Of a stretch of 64,000 bases of DNA, positions 11,900-23,800 are shown piece by piece. Position numbers and translations under genes: made by a program. This DNA is from Phoronis australis (lineage: Eukaryota > Animalia > Phoronida). The DNA lies in the NCBI GenBank assembly GCA_002633005.1, contig NMRA01000248.1, forward strand, positions 387,846-451,845, in the 5' to 3' direction. The stretch's first letter is position 1. Each line of letters starts with the position of its first letter. Below the pieces are notes generated by a model that saw only the letters and a program-made list of their open reading frames with translations, ran no database searches and was not told the DNA's origin.

Positions 11900-12510
11900 G
11901 CTTAAACACAAATATGATGTAGCACATTGCATAGAGTCACCCTATAAGGCAGAATAGTTTCACATTGATCCAAATGCAATACAGTGTTCAGTTTCCCGTT
12001 ACGTGATGCAGTACGGAACACTATTTCACATTCTAAAGAGGTTATTTATTAGTTTCACATCACTATGCGCTGTAGCATACTGCTACATAATTCCACATCT
12101 TATTGCAGTTGAATACATTACACAGTTCCGCATCACAGTGTGGTGTAATACAATACACTGTCTCAGTATATTACAGTTTCACATCACATAAAGTGGTGTA
12201 AGACAATACATTGTTTCATATAATGTGGTATAATACATTACACATTTTCACATCACGATATGGTTTAATGCATTAGTTTCACAAGCGGTGTAACGCAATA
12301 CATTGTTTCACATAATGTGGTATAATACCTTACAATTTCACATCCGAATGTGGTGTAATAACACTGTTTCACATAAAGTGGTCCAACACAATGCACTGTT
12401 TCACATCATCATGTGGTGTAATACAACAGAATTTCACACCATTGTGTGTTGTAATGCAGTGGCTTAGTATCACATAACAAAGCAGTGTAACACAATGCAC
12501 CATTACACAT
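11900..12510. repeat. Degenerate ~30-bp minisatellite (ttcacat..gtggtgtaatacaatacact)
   Basis: Recurrent tttcaca / gtggtgtaa / caatac motifs over about 600 bp. Confidence 0.7.
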
Positions 12511-13549
12511 GATAAAAAGGTATGTTTGTCACAGGAAAAATTTGTTGCATCAAGGTAACTTGTCAATCCTATGATTTTGGCAAACGATGGGTGTCTGGGG
12601 GTGTGTTCTAGGTGACATCACACTGGGATGGGATAATTCGACAGAAACGTGACAACCTCGAGCGGAGGTGTTTGCGACCTTAAATACTACTATTTCAACA
12701 ATATTTAAACTGTAATACTATTCAGCCATATCTTGTTGATTTTGACATAACACTAATTTCAATACTGTCTGGTTTTTATGTGAAAAAACTATTTTTATTT
12801 GGCCAAATTTCGTTGAGTTTGTCAGTAAACTACTTTGAATAACAAGTGAACAGTTGTGTACAGCTAATACTTCACTCGGCCAAATTTCGTCAACACTTTT
12901 ATAAAAATTGAGATTTATCAAATTCTAGGTTTTAAAATCTAAAATGGTATTCTTATAACTAAAATTTAGACTATATTGACGTGATTGGGCACACCTCATA
13001 GTACGACTGTAAGAAGTCGCTATTCACCGACCCTATCACTTAGTATACATGTTCCTTCAATATAAATTAGTAAGACTAATTATTCCATGCGAGACCAGTT
13101 GGGTTTTGTCATTGCCCCTGATTAGTACATTTGCTATTAAACAATCAATGATTGACAGCTAATCTATTGGACCATCAATGATTGACAGATAGTCTCCTTC
13201 ACCAATCAAAATCTTTACAATATAAGGCTATTATTCAGAAAATGAAATTAAACCTCAAAAATAAAGTTCTATCTTTTGGGCAAATAAAGGTAATAAATGA
13301 TAAATCTGTGTCGAAGGATACTTAATATTTGAAAAATTCAGAATACCTTGTTTTTACTTTTCTATTCGACTAATTTAGAACTAAATCGTGTTAAAGCTCT
13401 GCATTCAAATGACACTATGACTCTGGGCAGCAAACAATGACCACAGATTAATGACATATCTTGGGACCCTTTTCCCTTCAAAAACTTTGTGTGCATCAAA
13501 CCTTACTGACAGGGCAATAATTCCATATGTCCTACATGTAACAACACAC

Positions 13550-13607
13550 TAGCGCCACCTACTTGTCACAACAGATGTCCTAACTGCAAAGTAGCGCCAC
13601 CTATTTG
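13550..13607 (-). promoter_or_regulatory. Pair of CTCF-like motifs (TAGGTGGCGCTA x2, 42 bp apart)
   Basis: tagcgccaccta at 13550 and 13592, between the two convergent coding regions. Confidence 0.45.
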
Positions 13608-14169
13608 ACATAATCAAAAATTCAATCTGTGGCTATTCATCTGAAAATCTTTGCAACACTAAATACCAGTGAAGGAAAATATTGCAAATAAGGGTAAAAC
13701 TTACTGATCTAAATGCGATATCATAAAAAATCAAGAACTACTGAACTAAACAAGTCACGAATTACACTTGTATTTACAAATGATACAATTCGAGGTAGGG
13801 ACTAGAGCTCCTGATTCATAAATAAAGCCTTGTCTAGAAATTACTCCAAAACAGTTTATATTCATATTAAATATAACTGGTGATACATAAAAATATTTCA
13901 CTAGTGTTACATATATATTAGAATGGCAGTTTCTAGCTCTTTCGCATAGTAATAAAACTAAAACAAATATATTATGTTAAGACTTTTCACAATAAAAGGT
14001 ACAAAAACATTCGAGTAATAATTAATAATAAATAAATGATCCTTAACACTGTGACTGAGGTCATTGTAATAAATAATTGGTCTGACTAAAACAGTTCAAC
14101 CCTATTTGACCAATTCCGTGCCCCTATTGGTCAATCATGAATTCCACCAATCTGCTATGTCCACATGTA

Positions 14170-14495
14170 CTAATTCTTATTGGCCACTAGAATTTCAACT
14201 CCTGACCTCTGGCAGTTTGTAGCAGCATTTCTCATCTCTGAGATGCAAAACGTTTCCTGGCATTTTGAGTCATGCCTGTCAATCACCATTTTGACAAAAG
14301 AAAGGTTCCACTCACTCGTGGTATTACCCTTGGACGGAGTGTAGGTACGATTGTAAGACTCCTGGTTCGTTTTGTACCTGTGACACGTAGAAATCCACTT
14401 CTTCCTGGATAAATAGCCGGGTAAACGCAAGTTTACTACTGCACTAACGAATTGCACAGTCATAAATACCCAACTTGTCTCTCGTTGGCAGTCTT
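14170..14495 (-). other. Candidate alternative or decayed terminal exon with PLAC-like remnants
   Basis: cattctgcAG phase-1 acceptor in frame with a 108-codon open frame beginning EDCQR.. and containing LRLPGYLSRKKWISTC. Confidence 0.35.
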
Positions 14496-14575
14496 CTGCA
14501 GAATGACGCATTACCTAGTTTATATGAGTATTTTTTCAGATCAGATCTTAATAGTTCGTTCACATGCATTTCGTG

Positions 14576-14581
14576 TTTATT
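14576..14581 (-). terminator. Candidate proximal ADAMTS polyadenylation signal
   Basis: AATAAA on the - strand about 120 nt after the PLAC exon stop. Confidence 0.4.
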
Positions 14582-14703
14582 GAACATTCAGGCCTGTGTT
14601 ACCTAGTTCCCACGCAGCATGTGAACACCTTTCAATGAACACAGGTCCTTTGTATATACAGCTGAGATCGTAAAATGACTATGGCTGACACCTCTCAACA
14701 CTG

Positions 14704-14816
14704 TTATGAATATCTCGAACTCGTTTGGCAGCGCAATCGATGGAAATATGGACGTCCGCATATCTTGAACTTCAGCACCAGATGGCAGTATTCAACGCTA
14801 TCCACATCTTGACATC
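14704..14816 (-). CDS. ADAMTS6: ADAMTS exon 22: PLAC domain and stop
   Basis: [37 protein letters not shown]; tttacAG phase-1 acceptor. Confidence 0.85.
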
Positions 14817-17800
14817 CTGTAAATTAAATAGATCACCACACTAAAGTAAGCTCCAAATAAATCCACGCCATATTAAACCCCAAATACTATCAACTCTAAA
14901 TGATCCCTGACGTGAATAGAAATACGATGAATTGGCGGTGATACCACATTTTAGAAACATTTAGAAAGCCTTGAAATAAAAATAACACTTTGAAGAAAAT
15001 CACACTCGAGGCCCGAGTTCATATTCTGTATCGGCGAAGGTACTATGAACATTGAATTAATTACCTCTTATCTCCCTGACGCAAAGAATGGCTGGTTAGA
15101 TGATTTTTGTTAAAAACATGAAAAAAAAAGATATTCTGCAATTATTAAATAATACGCATAATCTGATCGTGACAACGCAGACGTACTAACCTTGCGGTGC
15201 CGTCTCATTGATGACATCACACCGACTAGTGCACGTCTGTACAGTCGGAGGTTTGCGTCTTGCGTCACACCCGCTACTGATCTTGCCACTGTAGGTGTGA
15301 CACTGCACAGTTCTCCTCTGTTGACCCTCCCCACACTTGGATGAACACTAAACAGGAAAATAAATCGTGATAAAAGTTGTCAAACAGTTGTGAAGTTCTA
15401 ACTCTTGTTCACCAGAGGGGGTTCATGGATGGATGCATTACACATGAAGTAGGTTCTTCTTACAAAATGCTTGAAGGCAATGGATCATGGTCGAACAAGC
15501 ACTTTCGACTGGTTGAAAAGTAACGGGAAAGAAAGTTTGCAAGAAAGTACAATCCTTAATTCACAAAGTTTATAATATTTTATGTTTTAATAACAGTCCT
15601 GACTTTTGTGCAATGGCATGAAAAAGCATGCGTTCTGATTGTTGGCCACATTTTGGGTAATGTGAATTTTTTGATGTCTGAACTAATCGGCCTTCATTTG
15701 ATTTTGGAAAAACACACATTATTTAAACGTAAAACTTAATATACTGATGTGCACAAATGCTTAGTTAATAAAAAAAAAAATGTGAGCACGTTCCATCTAC
15801 TGGTCAAGTACGATCTTATATATTCAAATTCAAACACATCATATTTACCTCTCCCCATTTTCCAATCTTCCACTCAGCAGGAGGGCAGTTACCATTGGTA
15901 CATCGGATACGACTGGGTGGTCGCTTACTCAGGTCACATGATTTGTACGGGAGGTAGCGCTGTTTCTCTGTATCACGGCAGTAAACGCTTCGCCTTTTGG
16001 TACCAGTCCCGCACTCCGACGAACACTGAAATGATACGGATAGATTACTCAAGAGTTTAGAATTAAACTTCAAACACTTTTACGCAGCTATTATTAACCC
16101 ACTTCAACTAACTGTTAGCGCCAAACAGAACAACTGGAATCAGGCATAAATCAGGCAATTTTGGCCAATACAGTTGCCTGAAATTGACAACATTTTACCA
16201 TACGAGAGTTAACTATCTGCATATCCACCTACCCTTGACCACGGTCCAGCGGCCCAGACAGCCGGACAGGCAGCACGGTTGCATGAAGCACGTGACTTGG
16301 GCTTGCGTGTCATACACTGGTCGTCATTTAACATCTCCTGCTCCTTGTCATCAAGTCTACGCATGCAATAGACGGAACGTGTCTTGTATCCACCACCGCA
16401 TGTCTTACTGCACGCCGCCCACTTGCCGATCACCCACCTGGTGGTGAAGGAGAGGAACTATTTCATAACCATTACATTAAATTTCATCAAAGCAGAGATT
16501 CACCTATTAATACAAGTTATCTCGCTTGGATATAATAATAGGCATAAATAGCCAAGATATGAAACCAGCGTCAAAATCATTAAAGCTTGCTTGGGTAACT
16601 ACACCACTGAGTTCTGGTCATTAAAAAGTATCAACAGATATTATCACACCATAAATGATTGGATTACACCATTACATAATTTCAATCTCCAACAATGTGA
16701 CGATGCGTAAACCTGCGTAGTATTGACTCTAACATGCAGCCACATTTCCACGTGGTATAATCCACTTAAACTCACTCGGCTGGGCACTGCTTGTCTGTAC
16801 ACGCCCGGCTGAGATCGGAGAGACGGTCGACCTTTGAGCAGTAAGAATCCTTCACGACTGTTTGATCATCTTTGCGGATACAGACCGCAACAGCCTTGCT
16901 GATACCTGTCAATAAATACACATGATAAGTGTCTGTTCCTGCTATTAGACATCTAGTTAATTACAAGCATAAGTCAGACAAGTTTACATCTCTTATTTCT
17001 AGATGAATATGCAAACAATAACAAACTGGCCACCGTTACAGGAGGAGATCAGTTCGATTCTTTCCCATAAAAATCATGGTGGATAAGTGGCAATTAAACT
17101 ATGATAACAAACAAAAGAGCATTCAATAAAGAAGTCGGATGATAGCAGAAGTTTTAGTAAACCAAAAGAGTAAAATTGATTCTGATGCGAAGATTCTTTT
17201 AAAAACTGATGAGGTGCTGTGGTAAGTTTTTAGTTTTCCTGATTATAAAAAAGAGAAAGTTACTTGACTGTCATGTGTCAGGCCAGGTTAAATGAAGGTC
17301 ATGTGTCAGGCCAGGTCAAATGAAGGTCATGTGTCAGGCCAGGTCAAATGCAGGTCATAAAAGAGACAACTGCAGTCAATTCATTAAAACTATCTTAGGT
17401 ACACTTGTGCACCTTTTTACAAAAGAAAAAGAACTTAGTTAAAATGACGGGAGCTGGATTTTTTTTCATTAAATGGTGAGGCGCAGGTTTGAAAATGAGT
17501 CGGGCACAGATCAGATCCAACTACGCCACTTTCTTTAAACCCTTCCAGCACTTTCTGAACTTCACAACCAATTCTTGTACACTACATTTTTCATTAATAA
17601 TCGCTATTTTCTTTACCCTTACCACCGTTCCCTGCAATATCCAGTGTTGTAAACGAGAGAAACTTGTAAAAACAAAGGGTCACTCACCCTTGCCACATGA
17701 GACCGAACATCCAGACCAAGGAGAATATTGCCAGATGAAGACAGTGGGTTCCTCCTCCTGTGGTGGCACTATGACGTGGTGCGACGGTGACTTGGCCAAA

Positions 17801-20800
17801 TTATACTGGTACGTGATGCCTTTGTTCTTCTCTTGCAGCAGTAGCTACATAGGAATGAGGAAACATTTTGAGATTTTCGATCATTCATGATTGCCAACAG
17901 TGTTTTTTACTGCAATTGAGTTGCACAAATCTTCAAGACTTAATGCTATATAACTGATTGCAGCTCAAGGTTACACACTGCTCAACAATACCAGGGCAAT
18001 ATGTGACTGAGCTATGGGAATGTTCAGCTTCTTGACCAGTTTTTATGCAATTGGGCCCTTTTAGCACACAATATACAAACGTACTTTCAAATTACAAAAC
18101 TCCACAACAAAATATAAATATTAAAAAAAGTTGCATTACCACCATTTGTACTGTACAACTACCATAAAATAACATCTGGTAAAAATTTAGTTTACTTTTA
18201 ACAAAGTTGTCGTTTTAATGAAAATAAGCGCACCATGATAAAAATGTCCTCCGACGTTGGCCCAAGTGCCTTCAGGCTCTCCACCTGGCCCAGCTCTCGC
18301 TCATAGTGAAAGACTGTCCCGGCCAACTCGAAGTTACGTGGCCAATCTATCGTCCAACCTCCGTTGATGTGGTATCTTCCGTCAGACGTTTTCAAAGCTG
18401 GACGATAAATAAAAATCGTTATTAACAGCTAGTGCCCTCCATGGCAAAGAGATGATTTTACACAACTAGTGAACAACTTGACAAATGGCTATTAATGGCA
18501 GCGGAAATTTGGCTGTTTGTTACCTTCTTAACTTGTCAAGAAAAGCTGTTGAAGTACTGTCCTATCTAGGCATTTTCAAACCAGACGCAATTAATACAAC
18601 CCACCACGAATCAATCGTCAAGCTATAGTAATAGTGGTGAGTGAAATCAAATTAGTAAACTCATACATGGCCCGAGAACACCAGTTGATGACCAGAACAC
18701 AATGGATCGGATGGTACAGCCAGGTGCAACAGACCGGCTGTGAAGAGACGGTTCCGTAATGTTGTAATTGGATTATGCACTACTCACAGCACCAAAAGGG
18801 GGAGCAGTGGTTTGATCATGGATATGTGAATAGTTACAAGATGCACTACGCTGTATAAACAACAACATGGAGATTTCACACTTACCTAGATAGTTGTTCG
18901 ACTCCACAGTTTCAGACACCTTTATATGGATAGCACCTTTGGGTATTTTAACCACTTGCTGGTATGCTGAAATGAAAATGGCTTATGTAACTCGTCAATT
19001 CACACATTACTTGTTTACAGTTGAAAGAAAAACTGCGGCATTCTTTAACAACACGGGGACTCTTATGCTCCGGCGACGAAAACATTGAAACAGAGGTCTT
19101 CCTTGGTCTGGGCACCTAAACAGCATCCATCTATACAACCTTCAGTTGAAAATGTGATCTCTGCTAACATATTTTCCAATTATAAGATGATTTTGTATCT
19201 CGGAGCAAATATGTTTAACACCGACTACAAAGAAAACTGTGCAAATGTGAAATGTGCTTACTTCCTTCCGAAAGTGGGTCATTAGCGTGACCCTTGATAG
19301 TTTCACAACTGCTACCATCGCCTCCACACACGCGGCACCGGTCTTCGACTGCATTGGAACCCAGTATCTTGTCACATCCAACTCTCTGAAAAATAACAAA
19401 AATTACAAATTTCTATTCTAGTTTTAAAACAGTTTATTGATAACTTGTTTTTGATTTGAATACAAAATTAAAAAACTATTCCTAAAATGGTGAAAACGAG
19501 CAATGATTTTTTCGAGCGCAGGGTGAGATTTTACGGAAAATTTACTGTTTAACAAATTTCAACGTACCACACATTCTCCGTTGATACACATATCGTGTCT
19601 GTCGGGGTAACACTCAGTGCCATCAATCACCTTTGGAGCACGTTCAGTGTAGAAGTTGTAGCCAATAGCGAGACAGTTGACGGCGCACGGGTTGACCTGG
19701 CCTCCGTTGAATGGCTTCCAGTCGTAATATTTGCCTCGGAACGGAACATCGTTGTAACTTTTACACTGTTCCTCGCGAAAGTTGGCAGATGTGTCTAAAC
19801 AAGGCTGCAAACCAAACACGTCAAGTAAAGCAGCAGGTAAAGAGACATCTACAGGAACTTTCACGCTTTTACTGTTCGAGCTAAACTCTGAACATTACAG
19901 TTTTTTTGGACTTTGTGATGTCTAACAAAGTACGGTACAAAATCACCAGTTTGAGACAGTGCCTTGAATTTGGGACACGAAGACAAAATTGAACTTCGGT
20001 GATTATGAAGATTGGGACACAATTTTGGTGTTCACCATACTTCTCATACCAGACAGTGCTTTTTGTATCAATGGTCTGAAACTAGAATTGGCAGTCCACA
20101 AAATCGTCCAAAAACAGCCACCCATGTGTCCATTCATTCCTCCCCATAGTGTGCAACATGGAGACGAACGATTGTTAGTCGTTGATGGTAATTCCTAAAT
20201 TAAGGATGGCCAATGTTGCTCATTCTAAGCTCCAACCTTGAGCTAAATGATTAATTTTACACTCCATTCATCATACCACCGAAATTTACTTAAATAAACA
20301 CTTAACGCACATTATGCTGACCTTATGCCAAATGAGCCAATCAGTGAAGAGCTTGAAATTCACTACGGCAACATTCTCGCAACAATTTAGCGTTACGAGC
20401 TCTATAAACACAAGTATTCAGGTAGGCACGTGGTACCTATGCCCCCAAAATATAAGGGCTCATTCATGAACAGCACCACCTTGTGAATATTAGATTACTC
20501 TAGTTGGAATTTTGGTGTCCACATCCTACCTACCTTAACATTACACGACCGATATCGTTTGCGTTCCCCCAGACAGTACTTGCCACTGTTCTCGGGCTGG
20601 GGATTGTTACAGCTCCTCGCACTGGACTCGACTCCACCCCCGCAGGTACGGGAACACGACCCCCAACTGGTCCAGTCGCCCCACTGGCCGTCCACGGACT
20701 TGGCTCTGTAGCCCTTCACGGCACACTTGCCATGATAGCACCACTAGAAATAAGGTTAAAGTTACAAGGTAAAGTATGGTAAACATCATCAGAAACAGAG

Positions 20801-23800
20801 TATCTTAAATTCGGGACACTGTCACAATATGACGAAATTTCCTCAGCTTTTTACTTCAACAAACTCCTTCTCATTGAATTTTCCCTTAATTTTAGATACC
20901 ATAAATAGAATTTTTGACAATTCAAGTCAATTATTCTCAATTGGTTCAACATTAGGAAGATGAACAGAAAATTTTTAAGGATTCAACATTAACTATACAC
21001 CAATTACTATACACCAGTAAAAACTTACCCCATTCCTGACTTTGTGCGTATTACAGGCCGTACCATCTACGGCTGGAATACTGTTGGTACGACACTGACC
21101 CTGTCTGTTGGTACACCATAGTTCAGAGCAGACCTCCTGCAACGGACAGAGAATGTCTGAAAGGCTGCTGCGCAATAAACAAATTCAAAACTAATTCCAT
21201 CACTACTAGACCTTACACAGAATGGTCTCTACTCAGCTAAAATAGGTACACTTACTGATTGAACAAAAAAAAAAAAAAACCCTCAACACCAACAGCTGTT
21301 GTTCTTACCACATATTGTATTGTATCACATAGTATACTGTATTGTTCTGCATATTGCGTTGTATTGTATTGGTAGTAAATTACTATAACATAGCATCGTG
21401 TATGATATCGCATGTACTGTAAAATCTCACCCCGACAAAAATGTAAAAATGGAGTACTTTGCCTGCAGTTCCAGTACTGAACTCAACAATCTCCAAAGCC
21501 ATGGTAACCAATCTTTTATGAAATAAATGAGAAAACCAAATTTCACTTATTCGCCTTAGTGTGTCCTAAATTGGTTACATTTCATCATAGTATTGTACCA
21601 TATAGTATCATATTGTATCATATAGTATCATATTGTATCATATAGTACTCCATATATGGTACTTGTATTCAAAAGCATATGGTACACACCTTCTTTCTAC
21701 ATGCCTTGGACCATGAGCCATACTGCAGCGCACACTGGTCATCAGCTGAGTGCATCTCTCCAGGGAGAGTGGACGGGTAGCTGAAGGCTCTCGCAGGTGG
21801 TGGATTCTCTAGGCATTTACCCCGGCCTGAACTGTGGTGACATAATGGCAAGGTTATCAAATAAAATAGTCAAAACCAGCGACTGTAACAAATGCCTTTA
21901 GTTAAGAATTAATTCTGACTTTCATCAGGATGCAGCGTCTAATTTGAAATCCGAATAATTTCACAAATTTTACCATGAGGCTCAGAAATTTCAAGAGGCA
22001 GCCTAAGTTTTGCCGGCCAAACAACTCACTAACAGCGACCTTACAACCAAAGAACTGGCTGACAGCTCTGTAAAAATGCTTATCCCAGAATTCCTAGTCC
22101 AATTAGTTAGTTCTATCACTCAAGGCAAACAGGTGACTATACACCTTGTGTTTGTTCACTCACTCTAGAAACCCTGTGATGTACTCTTTACTGCACTTTG
22201 ACCAGGAGAATGGGTCCGTGTTCTTCGTCAGCTGGGAAGCCATGATCTTGGCAGAGTCGTGACCTGGCTTACCACAGTCATTGCCTGACCCATCATGTTG
22301 CATACCAAAGCTGGAACAGGAAGAGTTGTAACTCACATCATGGAAAATAGAGGGCAGTAGTGAGGTATGCAGAACCAACCATTGTATTTGCGAAATTGCA
22401 GTCAAGGGCTTAATTCACCTGCAGTTAAAATGGATTCTAATCTGGTTATAATGGTTTCTAATCTGGTTACAATGGTTTGTAATCTAGTTATAACAGTTTC
22501 TAATCTGGTTATAATGATTTCCAAGCACTGTTGTGGATTGCCAAGGCTGAATGCACATTTTTGCACATGGTTGGTTAACATTGGATACACCACTAGGACA
22601 TGTCACAGTGGGGAACATGACTACAGGTCTGCAAGACTACAGCACAGAAACCAACCAGTGAAAACCATTTTATCATCAAATGTTTGTGATAACAATATGG
22701 TAAGTACATGGCATCAAAGAGTTCATGTTCATTACTGTTTCTTGGTGCACAAAGGAATGTAGAAAATGACATGCACTGTAAGATACCAATTAAAAGTTTA
22801 TTAAGTTGGCCAATAGATGTCACTAAAGTTGCATGTTGGGTGCTGGAACTGGGAACACTGAAGATGAGGTCAACACATCAAAGATTACATCATCTTGTCA
22901 TAGAACTATTACTAGAACACAACCCACACACCTATCACTAATCAGCCAATCAGTTCATGTCTTGACAGAGATTGTGGCCTGCTGACCTTGAGCTTAATGA
23001 CATTTTAATTGATTCTGGAGAGAACAGTTCTTTTGATCAGCCCAGTTTTATCTTGTCACTTCCTGTGGTAATTATGATCGCCAAAGAAGAGCAAGGCTTC
23101 ATCCCACCACGGTGGGCTGGCCACGGGGAGCCCAAGGGCTGACCCCAGTTTTGGTTGAACTAAGTTGGCAAATGAATCCATTGATTGGATTTTTAGGAAC
23201 CCAACTATTGAAACAATGATAAATGATAACTCATGTTTGTAGTTTATGTATACGTCATAGTCAAAAGGATGACTAGATATTTACTTATCAGCCAAATTCA
23301 CTGCAAACTCTCTACTTACTAGCCACAAGATGGAGACGGTAATGTTTGCATTTAATAGCCTGCAGGGGAGGGCAACTCGTCCAAAAAAATTTATATTTTG
23401 CTCAACATTTTAACCACATTGTCTGAATTTTGGAAGTAACTTTCTTCCCACATCCACCACTTCACCTAATGCACTTGTAATTGCAGTCATGGTACACAGG
23501 TTATAACAGATCTACAGAAAGTATAACGGTCACACAATATCAACATCTATCTATCTATTAGTTAACTTCTGAGTACTGGATGTCAATAAGTCACCATTAG
23601 TTGGCAAGTGTCTTGAACTACAATATGTCAGGCCACAAGTTTTTAATTTCCCTTTCCATCACTGTTTCAATTGGTTAAAGTCAGTCATGGACGTTTCCTT
23701 ACTAATTGCACAGTCAGACATCTAGTCAAGTCAACAGACAGTCTCAAGTATGTGTCCTGTACTTCACACATCAGCTAATCAGTGACCAGCTCAGGGGAAT

